Assembly (NCBI GenBank): GCA_963818295.1
Contig: CAWFRW010000021.1
Span: forward strand, 1,794 to 65,793
Source of the DNA: an uncultured Bacteroidales bacterium
GTDB taxonomy: Bacteria; Bacteroidota; Bacteroidia; Bacteroidales; VadinHA17
DNA length: 64,000 nucleotides
Reading direction: 5' to 3'
The notes beneath the pieces are model-generated. The model was not told where the DNA came from and did not search any database. It saw nothing but the letters and a program-made list of their open reading frames with translations. Below, in pieces: positions 21,647 to 31,402 of this stretch; within the stretch, counting starts at the first letter, position 1, and each line of letters begins with the position of its first letter. Made by a program: the position numbers and the translations under genes.

Positions 21647-22942
21647 ATGAAGATTGTTTATCTGATTACAGGTTCAGGTGGGTCATTTTATTGCGGAAAT
21701 TGTTACCGCGATATGATCTACCTGAGAGCAATAAGAAATGTTCCGGGAATAAGCGCATCAGCAATACCTTTATACCTGCCGCCGGATGAAACAAATGAAG
21801 AAAGTGGCCTTGACAGGAATGTATTCTTCGGTGCCATATCGATGTACCTGAGGGAAAAAGTGCCTTTTCTGAGAAATATGCCTGCATTCTTCGACAAATT
21901 TCTTGACTCTGCACCAATGCTGAGGATGGCAGCAAAAAGGTCAGGCACAACAAACACTGAAGGTCTTGAGGATATGACGCTCAGTATGATAAAAGGAGAA
22001 AAAGCATTTCCCGAACAGGAACTCAGAAGGCTTGTCAGATATCTGACCGAAAACGGAAAACCTGATGTAATTCACCTTTCAAATGCACTTATAATCGGAC
22101 TTGCACGTCAGCTTAAAAGGTATATGGATGTGAAAATAGTCTGCTCACTACTGAATGAAGACGACTGGATTGATGAAATGGCTGAACCGTACAGGTCAGA
22201 TGCATGGAGACTCATAGCGGAAGAGGCGGGAAATGTTGACGCGTTCATTACTCCAAGCGCATATTACAGAGATTTGTTCAAATCAAAAACCGGCTATTCA
22301 GGAAAGAATGTCTATATAATCCCACTGGCTCTTGATTCAAGAAATCTCAATATCCTTCCTAAGAAAAACAACTTTCCAGCAGTTGGTTATTTCAGCAGAA
22401 TAAACTCCCAGAATGGTTTTGACAAACTTGTTGATGCATTTATTGAGCTCAGGAAAGGAAACAGATTGCCAAACCTTACTCTTCACGTTTCCGGGGGATT
22501 TACAGGCAGCGACAAATCCTTTATTGCAGAGCAGATCAGGAAGATAAAATACAATGGACTCAAAAGCTTTGTAAAAATCTATCCTGAATTTCAGGGAAAC
22601 AGCAAAGAGGAATTTTTTAGTGCCATTGATATAATGAGTGTACCGGTGAGGAAACTCGATGGATACGGCCTTTATATACTCGAAGCAAATGCCTCGGGGG
22701 TTCCTGTTGTTCAACCCGAGACCGGTGCATTTCCTGAAATCCTTGAAAGAACACAGGGTGGAATAACCTATTCACCCGATACAGCGGAGGGTCTGGCATC
22801 AGCCCTCGAAAAGTTGTTTGAAGACAACAGCCAGCGGATAAGACTCGGAAAGAAAGGAAGTGAAAATGTACTGAAGGAACTGTCACTTGATAAAATGTCG
22901 GGTGGTCTGGAAGTAGTATATAATGCAACAATGCGTAAATAA
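21647..22942 (+). CDS. GT4-family (GT-B) glycosyltransferase with N-terminal CxxC
   Basis: Intact 431-aa ORF. The C-terminal half has the GT4 signature (YILEANASGVPVVQPETGAFPEIL). The N-terminus is MKIVYLITGSGGSFYCGNCYRD. Confidence 0.8.
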   Translation: MKIVYLITGSGGSFYCGNCYRDMIYLRAIRNVPGISASAIPLYLPPDETNEESGLDRNVFFGAISMYLREKVPFLRNMPAFFDKFLDSAPMLRMAAKRSGTTNTEGLEDMTLSMIKGEKAFPEQELRRLVRYLTENGKPDVIHLSNALIIGLARQLKRYMDVKIVCSLLNEDDWIDEMAEPYRSDAWRLIAEEAGNVDAFITPSAYYRDLFKSKTGYSGKNVYIIPLALDSRNLNILPKKNNFPAVGYFSRINSQNGFDKLVDAFIELRKGNRLPNLTLHVSGGFTGSDKSFIAEQIRKIKYNGLKSFVKIYPEFQGNSKEEFFSAIDIMSVPVRKLDGYGLYILEANASGVPVVQPETGAFPEILERTQGGITYSPDTAEGLASALEKLFEDNSQRIRLGKKGSENVLKELSLDKMSGGLEVVYNATMRK

Positions 22943-22954
22943 TCATACTCAGGG

Positions 22955-23620
22955 ATGATGCTTACATTAAAAAATATATCAAAATCCTTTGTTCAGAGAG
23001 GAATTGTACTGGAGAATCTGTCTCTCGATGCAAAAGAGGGAGATACGATAGCAATAATGGGGCCTTCCGGATCCGGAAAGACAACACTGATGAATATAAT
23101 CGGGCTTCTTGAAAAACCAGATAATGGCTCTATATTCTTCCGCGACAAGGATGTGAGGAATTATACAGATGATGAATCTGCTGATTACAGAAACCGGAAT
23201 ATAGGCTTTGTATTTCAGGAACACCTCCTTCTGCCGCATCTGACTATCCGTGAAAATATCCTTCTCCCGATTCTTGCTGCAAAGCACACAAAAGCAGAAG
23301 CGGCATTAAAAGTTGAACGGGCTATGGCATTAATGGAGGAAACAGGTATTTCAGATCTGTCCGCCAAATATCCGGGGACAATTTCAGGCGGCGAAGCACA
23401 GCGTGCAGCGCTTGTCAGGGCGCTTGTAAACAATCCGTCAGTTCTGCTTGCCGATGAACCCACAGGATCTCTTGACAGCAGAAACGCAGAAATCCTGGGC
23501 AACCTTCTTTCAGAGATGAACCGCCAATATGGCCTCACGCTTATACTTGCGACTCATTCTGAAAAACTTGCTTCAAAAATGGCGCGGATACTTATCCTTG
23601 GCGATGGAAAATTAACCTGA
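22955..23620 (+). CDS. ABC transporter ATP-binding protein (LolD/MacB-type)
   Basis: Walker A GPSGSGKTT, signature ISGGEAQR, Walker B LLADEPTGSLD. Intact, 221 aa. Confidence 0.9.
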   Translation: MMLTLKNISKSFVQRGIVLENLSLDAKEGDTIAIMGPSGSGKTTLMNIIGLLEKPDNGSIFFRDKDVRNYTDDESADYRNRNIGFVFQEHLLLPHLTIRENILLPILAAKHTKAEAALKVERAMALMEETGISDLSAKYPGTISGGEAQRAALVRALVNNPSVLLADEPTGSLDSRNAEILGNLLSEMNRQYGLTLILATHSEKLASKMARILILGDGKLT

Positions 23621-23643
23621 AAAGCTGAACCAGAAAATTATAT

Positions 23644-26600
23644 ATGCTACCCGGGATCCTGAAGATAGTTATAAAGTCTGTTCGGTTTTATAAGAAACCG
23701 GTTGTATACCAGATTCTTATTGTTGCCCTTCTGTCGGCTGTAATTACGGGCTCACTTCTTACAGGATCCTCAGTCAGGAGCAGTCTGAGAAAATCTGCTT
23801 CTGAACATCTTGGAAATACCGGGATCCTGATCAGCTCAGGCAATCGTTTCTTTGCTCAGTCACTTGTTCCAAGGCTGGAAGATGATACAAGGCTGAATTG
23901 CACAGGACTTCTTGAAATACGTGGGTTTTGTCAGAATCTCGTTACCCAGGAAGAGCTTAGTAATATTCATATTTATGCTGTCACAAACGATTTTTTCAGG
24001 TTTCAGGGAGCAGATACCTTAAATATCAATCCGGGCGAGGCGGCTGTCAATGAGAAGATTGCATCTTCCCTTGGACTGAAAACCGGCGATGAACTCATCC
24101 TGCGTTTTAATGAGATAAGCGAAATTCCGGGCGATGCTCCGTTTGCTCCTGCAAAAGAAGAAGGCAGATCAGTAGTAATGAAGGTAGGTGCTATCCTGAA
24201 TGCCAATGAGTCAGGTAATTTCTCTCTTGCAATAAACCAGGCTGTTCCGGAAAATATATTTGTGAATATCTCAGATATTGCTGAAAATAAGGAGAAAACC
24301 TATAAGTTTAACAGATTACTGATTGAAAATAAGGATAACGTAAGTGCAACCGGGGTATACGATATCCTTTTAAAGCTCCTGAAACCTTCAGATATTGGAA
24401 TCAGTTTAATTCATACAGCTAAAACAGGAGGTATTGAACTAAGGTCAGAAAGGATATTTATTGAAAGCTCGCTTATAAATGAGATCCGGAAATGTATTCC
24501 ATCTGCCGCTCCCGTAATAACCTATCTTGGCAACAGGCTGTCGCATGGTTCATTATCTGCACCCTACTCATTTATTTCAGGGTTGCCACGCTCATTGTAT
24601 AAGGAAATTCCGGACGGGGATGGTATAATAATCAATCAATGGCTTGCTGAAGACCTGTCTGCCGGACCGGGAGATACTATTGCAATTTCATGGTATGCTC
24701 CTGATTCGCTTAACAGGCTTATTGAGAAAAACAATAATTTTTGTGTTGAACGAATAGTTGAAATGTCCGGAATATGGGGCGATTCGCTTTTGATGCCGGC
24801 ATTTCCTGGAATATCTGGCAGTGAGTCATGCTCTGACTGGGATGCAGGTGTTCCTGTCAGGCTAAATGAAATCCGCAGGAAGGATGAAGCATACTGGAAT
24901 CGATACAGGGGAACCCCAAAGGCATTCATAAATTATGATAAGGGGCTTGAGCTTTGGGGCAATAATTTTGGCCCTGCAACCGCACTTCGTTTTGCTGAAA
25001 ACATCACTGAGACAGAGGTTTACGAAAAGCTTTCCGGTCATCTTGATCCGGTAGAGAACGGTTTCGTTATCACGAATCTGTACGAAGAGTCACTCAAGGC
25101 TGCAAGTGAGAGCGTTGATTTCAGCACTCTCTTTCTGAGCCTCGGATTCTTTCTTATTCTGGCATCGTTTGTATTGCTATCATTCGCAGTCTCCACGTAC
25201 CTGGAGTCAAAGTACAACCAGATACGAACTTTTTTTGCCCTTGGTTTCAGAACCCTTTTTATAGAGAAATTATATCTGGCTGAGTCGGGTTTGATCTCCT
25301 TCACCGGTTGTCTTATAGGCTCAGTTGCCGGTTATCTTGTAAGTTCATTGATTATCAGATTATTAAATACTGTCTGGCAGGGAGCGGTGCAGACTGATAC
25401 ATTAAGCGCATATTTCAGCCTGACATCTGTTCTTACAGGCTTTCTTATCACTGTCATTATAGTCTTTATTTTTATTGCTGTAAAAATCAGAAAATATCTC
25501 AGAACTCTTAACAGGGAGAAAAAACTGGAGCACTCAGCTCCATCACGCATTCTGAATCTTATATTTCTTGCTTCATTGCTACTTATGACACTTGTGCTGT
25601 TTGTCCTGTCTTTTCTGCTGAAAGACCAGGAGATCATGCTGTGCTTTGCCTCCGGTTCAATGTTGCTTGTCTTCATGATAGTTTTATGGCGACAATACCT
25701 TATCAGCCCGTCAGGTATCGCGCCCGGGAAAAACAATTCAACCGGGAGATTATCCGGACTATACTTCGCATATTATCCGGCACATGCTCTGACACCTGTA
25801 TTATTCATTGCTGCGGGCATTTTTGCCGTTTTTATCACAGGGGCGAACAGGATGAGTTTTGACAGCAGTCACCTTAAGCCTTCCGGAGGTACGGGCGGTT
25901 TCTCGCTCTGGTGCGAGACTACGATACCTGTAAGATCAGATCTGACAACCGTTTCTGGAAAGGCAACTGCAGGTCTTGATGATGAACAGTTATCCGGGAT
26001 ACAAATTATTCAGCTTAAGAGGTTTGCAGGAGATGATGCCAGCTGCCTTAATCTGAATCATGTGACAATGCCACCACTGCTGGGTGCCGATGCCGGACAA
26101 TTCATTTCCAGGGGATCGTTTTCTTTCGCAAAAGCCATTAAAATGCCCGGGACCGAAAATCCATGGCAGATGTTGAGTTTGCCCCCTGCTAAGAATACGA
26201 TTTATGGAGTTGCTGACCAGACTGTTCTGGACTGGGGACTGAAGATAAAACCCGGAGATACCCTTATTATGAGGTCGGAGAGCGGACAGAAGCTTAATAT
26301 AATTATAGCTGCAGGATTAAAATCCTCCATCTTCCAGGGTTATGTCATTATAGGCATGGATAATTTCAGAAAGTACTTTCCATCAGTTGCAGGAAGTTCA
26401 GTCATGCTTATCGATGGCAATAAGCAATTTACAGACCTGTATGCCGGAACATTGAATGAACGTCTTGCAAGCTATGGTCTGAAAGTGGAAAGGACTAATG
26501 ACAGGCTTGCATCCTTTTATCAGGTAACAAATACGTATCTGTCGGTGTTCGGCGTTTTTGGCGCGTTGGGCATGATTACGGGTATTGCAGGTCTTGGCTT

Positions 26601-26910
26601 TGTGCTGTTGAGGAACTATAACTTACGCAAGCGGGAGTTCGCACTGATGATGGCTACAGGATTTAAAATCAGAAAAATAAGAAGCCTGATATTTTCCGAA
26701 CAGATGCTTATTCTGTGTGCGGGAGTTATCTCAGGTGTTTTGCCTGCCGCCCTGGCTACTTATCCCTCCCTGAAAAATAGTCCGGATGTTCCATGGATCT
26801 TCCTGTTATCAACAATAGTTTTGATCTTTCTCACCGGGACAATTGTCCTGATGCTTTCAGTTTCCTCAGTAACAGGTAATTCGCTTACCACAAGCCTGAG
26901 AAAGGAGTAG
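23644..26910 (+). CDS. Very large (1088 aa) FtsX-like ABC permease with two permease modules and large extracytoplasmic domains
   Basis: Uninterrupted 3.27 kb ORF. N-terminal TM followed by a long soluble domain, a mid-protein TM cluster (about residues 490-760) and a C-terminal FtsX-type 3-4 TM bundle (...LRNYNLRKREFALMMATGF...). Confidence 0.85.
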   Translation: MLPGILKIVIKSVRFYKKPVVYQILIVALLSAVITGSLLTGSSVRSSLRKSASEHLGNTGILISSGNRFFAQSLVPRLEDDTRLNCTGLLEIRGFCQNLVTQEELSNIHIYAVTNDFFRFQGADTLNINPGEAAVNEKIASSLGLKTGDELILRFNEISEIPGDAPFAPAKEEGRSVVMKVGAILNANESGNFSLAINQAVPENIFVNISDIAENKEKTYKFNRLLIENKDNVSATGVYDILLKLLKPSDIGISLIHTAKTGGIELRSERIFIESSLINEIRKCIPSAAPVITYLGNRLSHGSLSAPYSFISGLPRSLYKEIPDGDGIIINQWLAEDLSAGPGDTIAISWYAPDSLNRLIEKNNNFCVERIVEMSGIWGDSLLMPAFPGISGSESCSDWDAGVPVRLNEIRRKDEAYWNRYRGTPKAFINYDKGLELWGNNFGPATALRFAENITETEVYEKLSGHLDPVENGFVITNLYEESLKAASESVDFSTLFLSLGFFLILASFVLLSFAVSTYLESKYNQIRTFFALGFRTLFIEKLYLAESGLISFTGCLIGSVAGYLVSSLIIRLLNTVWQGAVQTDTLSAYFSLTSVLTGFLITVIIVFIFIAVKIRKYLRTLNREKKLEHSAPSRILNLIFLASLLLMTLVLFVLSFLLKDQEIMLCFASGSMLLVFMIVLWRQYLISPSGIAPGKNNSTGRLSGLYFAYYPAHALTPVLFIAAGIFAVFITGANRMSFDSSHLKPSGGTGGFSLWCETTIPVRSDLTTVSGKATAGLDDEQLSGIQIIQLKRFAGDDASCLNLNHVTMPPLLGADAGQFISRGSFSFAKAIKMPGTENPWQMLSLPPAKNTIYGVADQTVLDWGLKIKPGDTLIMRSESGQKLNIIIAAGLKSSIFQGYVIIGMDNFRKYFPSVAGSSVMLIDGNKQFTDLYAGTLNERLASYGLKVERTNDRLASFYQVTNTYLSVFGVFGALGMITGIAGLGFVLLRNYNLRKREFALMMATGFKIRKIRSLIFSEQMLILCAGVISGVLPAALATYPSLKNSPDVPWIFLLSTIVLIFLTGTIVLMLSVSSVTGNSLTTSLRKE

Positions 26911-27013
26911 CGGGGAGCGTAAAGAGTTAAGCTCCGCCTGGGGGTACGGAGGTGAAGAAGTTTAAAGTTCGGGGTTCAAGGTTCTTCCCGGAAATCCGCA
27001 ATCACTTCTACTC

Positions 27014-28372
27014 CTATTTCTTCCCTGCAGCAATAAGGTATTTCTGTGTTCTGAAATAAATCAAGCCTTCAGTGATTGCCGGAGCTGACATACATATATC
27101 GTTCAGCGGAATTTCGGCAAGCAGATTAAAACTGTCACCGTCCTTTATTATATAAACAGTCCCCTCTTCATCTGCTATATATATCCTGCCATCAGATGCT
27201 ACCGGAGAAGCAATAAAGCTTTTTGATTTGCCAAGCTTGGACTTGTATATCTCATTTCCGTTTGATGGATCAAGGCATACGACAAGGCCGTTCCAGTTTA
27301 CATTATATAAGCGGTTCCTGTAAAGGAGAAGTGTATGCATATAGGAACCTCCCCGGGGCAGACTCCATTTTACATATTCATTTGACGTGCTGTCCTTTGG
27401 CAGTGTGATATCTCCTGAAGCAGATGTTCTTATTGCAAGTATCGGAGAACTTTGGCCATGAGCGCTGTTCAGATAGATCATATCCCCGTCAACAATCGGT
27501 GTCGGGATCTGAATGTCTCCCCCGCCCGACATTCTCCATACCTCCTCCCCTGTCCTGAAATCATATCCTCCCCGGTTCCTGAAACCATTTACAACAACAA
27601 ATGTTTTGCCTTTATTTGTGTATATATTCGGCGTACACCAGCCCGGGTATTCATCCCTGCTTGTTTTCCATAGCTCTTTCCCTGTCTTTTCATCATAAGC
27701 TGCAAGAAATGAATTTTCCATAACGTCGCACTGGATAATCACAACTCCGTCATGAATTATAGGAGAACTTGCAAATTCCCATTCTGCACTTTTCTCAATA
27801 AAAAAAACGGATTGAAGCACTCCGAAATTTTTCTGCCACTGAAGCTTGCCGTTCATGTCATAGCAATACAAACCTTCGGAACCAAAAAATGCGACAACAT
27901 ATTTCCCGTCTGTGGCCACAGTTGTATTAGCATGAGTCGATTTGGGATGCCGTTTCATCGCAGGTATGCCTTTGCAGCTGGTCTCTTCCCATAATGATTT
28001 TCCGGAGTTTTTATCGAAACAGAGAACTTTCCATTCGTGTTCAGAGGAATCATCAACAGGTTCAATGTCGCCGTAGATCCCTGGCTTGAATCCCTTCTTA
28101 TCTGCTTTGCTGACAGCCGTAGTAATAAACAGCTTGTTATCCCAGATAACTGGACTTGACAAACCAAGACCGGGTATTTCGATCTTCCATCTTATATTTC
28201 GCATTGTTTGAAGATCAAAGGATTCAGGCAGACCGGCATTATCAAGTACTCCGGATGAAAGATATCCGCGGTAGGAAGGCCATTGCCTTGACGCCATTGT
28301 CTGCCCGGCAGCTGTCATGTATTGCATTCCTGCTAATAATATGATTAACAGCAATATGCGTATTATTTTCAT
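27014..28372 (-). CDS. Secreted PQQ-like beta-propeller protein, paralog 6 (convergent with the cluster)
   Basis: Intact 452 aa with a signal peptide. QWPSYRGYLSSG...IRWKIEIPGLGLSSPVIWDNKLFITT closely parallels paralog 4. Repeated ...D..TGKELW blades. Confidence 0.8.
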   Translation of the reverse strand: MKIIRILLLIILLAGMQYMTAAGQTMASRQWPSYRGYLSSGVLDNAGLPESFDLQTMRNIRWKIEIPGLGLSSPVIWDNKLFITTAVSKADKKGFKPGIYGDIEPVDDSSEHEWKVLCFDKNSGKSLWEETSCKGIPAMKRHPKSTHANTTVATDGKYVVAFFGSEGLYCYDMNGKLQWQKNFGVLQSVFFIEKSAEWEFASSPIIHDGVVIIQCDVMENSFLAAYDEKTGKELWKTSRDEYPGWCTPNIYTNKGKTFVVVNGFRNRGGYDFRTGEEVWRMSGGGDIQIPTPIVDGDMIYLNSAHGQSSPILAIRTSASGDITLPKDSTSNEYVKWSLPRGGSYMHTLLLYRNRLYNVNWNGLVVCLDPSNGNEIYKSKLGKSKSFIASPVASDGRIYIADEEGTVYIIKDGDSFNLLAEIPLNDICMSAPAITEGLIYFRTQKYLIAAGKK

Positions 28373-28375
28373 AAA

Positions 28376-29052
28376 TCAGAATTTAAATTTATAACTTAAA
28401 GAGATTATATGCAGGATAGAGAGATGAGGATATTCATCTCTCTGATAAATGTATTCAGTATCAACTATATGTTTCTTTGTGATCTTATATTCAAAGCCAA
28501 TAGTGGTTCTGCTTTTTTCGATAAGATTTCCGTCATTTCTGAAAATTGGCGTGAAAGTTTCAAAGGCTACATAAGGATTTACCGGAAAGTCAGGTATTTT
28601 ATACTCACCTTTCAGTTTCATCCTGCCATCATATTCTTCTCTGTCATCTGATTCATCCTCAACCTAGGTTCTGGCCATTAACTGAAGTCTTAACCTGTGC
28701 AGACAAAACAAAATGTTTCAGAGGAAGTGATCCTTTTATGTCTGCAAAGCCACTTATGGCGGATGTGATAGTAGTCATCATCTTCAAGATAATTGCCTAT
28801 CCTGTATGATCCTGCAAATCCAATATATTTGTTAAGGTTATATGAAGCCCCGAGTTCCAGGAACACCTGGTCAAGAGTAGAAGCATTGTCAAAAGTTCTC
28901 ACCATAACTGTTCCGTTGAGATCGAACTTCTTGCTGACAGATTTTTCAGCATTCACTTCGTACCAGAGTCCAAAATCGTTATCCTGTGCATAAAGAGTAT
29001 CCTGCAGTCAGGAGCAGGAGAATGAATAGAAAAGACAGATTTAATCGTCATC
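28376..29052 (-). pseudogene. DUF2490-like outer-membrane beta-barrel protein; several frame breaks
   Basis: My translation gives a signal peptide, then AQDNDFGLWYEVNAEKSVSKKFDL... ORF 28690..28956 follows, and ORF 28376..28621 ends ISLSYKFKF (aromatic C-terminus typical of OM barrels). Confidence 0.5.
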
Positions 29053-29734
29053 ATCATCTATCTTATGGCCTACCTGGTTTGAATGACTCACCATCTTGTC
29101 GGATGTTTCAAAGAAGATTGTGATATGACAAATGTCTTTCAGAAAATTAACCTCTCCTATTTCGATCCGGCTTATTTTACTTATCCCGGTACGAAGCTGA
29201 AGATCATCAATCAAGTTCCTGATGATGCTCCGGTTTAATGAGATTGATCTTCTCATAAATTATATTTTTGGATGATTCATGTCTTAGGAGCCACTTTCTC
29301 TCAAGACCGTAGGTTATGAATATTATTATAATATTTGTAAAAATAATCTCACTGATACTTGCAGTATTGGCCAGGGCATTTATTACAGAGATCCCGATAA
29401 TGAGAAAGAGGTAAGTCATCTCCTTTATTGGAATTGCATGTGTCCTGTATCGTATAATCCCGAAAATTGCAAAGAGGCCAAGAGCAAATCCTATCTGAAG
29501 CATCACATTTTCAAGAAGGAAACATAACAGGAAGACAATGCTTGAAATCAGTATATATGTAAATAGAAAATCCTTTCGCCTGGTGGTTGAAAAGTAGATC
29601 CATCTGACAAGAATAAGTATTACTATCAGGTTAAGGGCAAAACGTCCAGTCAGTTCAAGCAGATTTGCCAGATCTATGAATTCAATCCCTGAAAGCGATG
29701 ATTTATCAGGTGTAACAAGATCACTTATATTCAT
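29041..29734 (-). pseudogene. DUF4956-family membrane protein; one frame break near 29230
   Basis: ORF 29207..29734 (GLFAIFGIIRYRTHAIPIKEMTYLFLIIG) continues in ORF 29041..29256 (LIDDLQLRTGISKISRIEIGEV...DDDDD). Confidence 0.65.
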
Positions 29735-30539
29735 TTTCCAGTTTGTTAAGTAATAATAGTTTAGGTTTGATCATATTTTTTTTAAGGGTATCGGAAAGAA
29801 GCGCACGTCCGACACAATATTTGCTGAATCCTGAAGGATAAATGTTCAATTGTTTAATAAGGCTTTTAAAATGTGAGTGTCTGAGTAAGCTTCCTTCTTC
29901 AGTTCAGCAATAGCCAGGTATGGAAGTGATATCTCTCTCCATAGTTTTCCGGATCAGAGAAGGAGATATTAAAGTCAAGAGTTATTCTCTCTTTCAGTTC
30001 AAATCCGGCAAGGGTTATCCTTGTAAATTCGTTTGTAAGTGAAGGTTTGACAAGAGTGGAGCTGACAGGAAGGTATTTTTGAATAAAAGCTGAGGCTATG
30101 GGATCAAAGGATCCTGACAGTGGTTCATTTTCAATTCTCCATTTCACGGTCCGTCCTTTATTTGTCTTTTTCTTAATCTCAAGAAATGACTCATTCAGTG
30201 GCTATATATCTTCTGTATCTTATCTTATGCCTTGCATAATTTGCCTCTCACATGCTGGTAATAAAATAAGGAGTCTTCAGTGTCGAGATATGTCGTGGAA
30301 TAAGGCAGTATCCTCATTTTGTTTATTTCAAGAACATGATAATGGTTACCCAGAAGATTTATCAGGTCTGCCAGCTTTCGTTGTTTCAAAAACATATTTG
30401 AGTTCAATCCTGTTCATTAACCTGATTCCCGATAGTGCATCAAGATTAACCGGATTCAATCTGCCTAATTCATCTTCAATTGCGCTATTCTGGCTTATAT
30501 TAAACATCAGCCCGGCAATAATTATAAGATATCCATCAT
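29721..30539 (-). pseudogene. VTC-domain (polyphosphate-polymerase-like / CYTH-like) protein; at least 3 frame breaks
   Basis: My translation gives MMDILIII...RIELKYVF, then LKQRKLADLINLL...ILPYSTTYLDTEDSLFYYQHVRGK, then ESFLEIKKKTNKGRTVKWRI..., ending at a stop at 29721-29723 that overlaps the DUF4956 start. Confidence 0.6.
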
Positions 30540-30563
30540 TCCTCCTGGTCCCCTGAACATTTG

Positions 30564-31081
30564 TTATTCAGATAAATTATTGGAACTGTTAAATGTAGGT
30601 GTCTGCCATTTGAATGAACCTGTTCCGTCAGGATTTCTTGAAAATGACAGTTCAAGAGTCTGTCCGGGGTAAATTACTTTGTCTTCCAGAGTACCGTCAG
30701 GTGCTGATAGAAGCACCTCCTCTCCCAGCGAAGAGAGCTTGAAATTTGTATGAAGACCTACCTGCGCACTATCGTCATCTGCCCAGATGATCAGATATCC
30801 ATTGCCAGGAATTGTAGTGCCGGAAGGAAATTCCCATTTTGAGAAATGATCTTTATTATCGGAAAGAAAATAACCTGAGATATCCTTTTCTGAACCTGAA
30901 AGATTGATATAATTCTATCCAGTCATCATATTCACCGTCCTGATCCGGCATTATTGAAGTATTGACAGGAAGAAGCTCATTTATTACAATATCGCTTTTT
31001 GCCGGCTCATCAGGTTTCTTGCATGCGAAAAGCAAAACCGGAATTAAACAGACGAGAATAATATATTTTTGTGTTTATCAT
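30564..31081 (-). pseudogene. Lipoprotein with lamin-tail domain (LTD); frameshifted
   Basis: My translation gives ...LIPVLLFACKKPDEPAKSDIVINELLPVNTSIMPDQDGEYDDWIELY, then ISGYFLSDNKDHFSKWEFPSGTTIPGNGYLIIWADDD...FKWQTPTFNSSNNLSE stop. Confidence 0.6.
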
Positions 31082-31402
31082 AGCATTAAATGACAAATTC
31101 AGACAGATTAGAACAAATCACCCCGGTTTTAAGATGTGTCACAAATATAATATATGATTTCATAAAATCCTAATTGGAAATGTTTTCTTTATTCTATGTA
31201 TATTGCTGTATATCTTATTGATACAAATCACAATCCATTGCGTCTGATAATTTTTCAAACTGCAGGATGAATTTTGTCTCCGGGAATAATATTTAAAATC
31301 AGAGGCTATAATGAAATTTTCATGGCAGTATGATGGCTTAAAAAAATATTTAAATTTTAGTTACATTTGGCACCGGACTTTTTATAAGTTATAGATCAGC
31401 TC

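Noticed and set aside
26911-27013. A strong bidirectional terminator between the FtsX gene and convergent propeller 6
   Set aside because: Only 5-6 bp stems with long loops are present (GGAGC..GCTCC, GAAGAA..TTCTTC), and there is no U-tract. It is reported only as a possible repeat-family member.
8155-28372. Calling the propellers PQQ-dependent dehydrogenases, or calling the cluster a nos (N2O reductase) locus
   Set aside because: The propellers are only about 370-450 aa (BamB-like size, not the roughly 600-aa eight-bladed quinoproteins). No pqq biosynthesis or cytochrome c genes are present. I saw no NosZ CuA (CxxxC...H...M tail) or CuZ histidine pattern, and no NosD or NosL. The NosGH analogy is kept only as an analogy.
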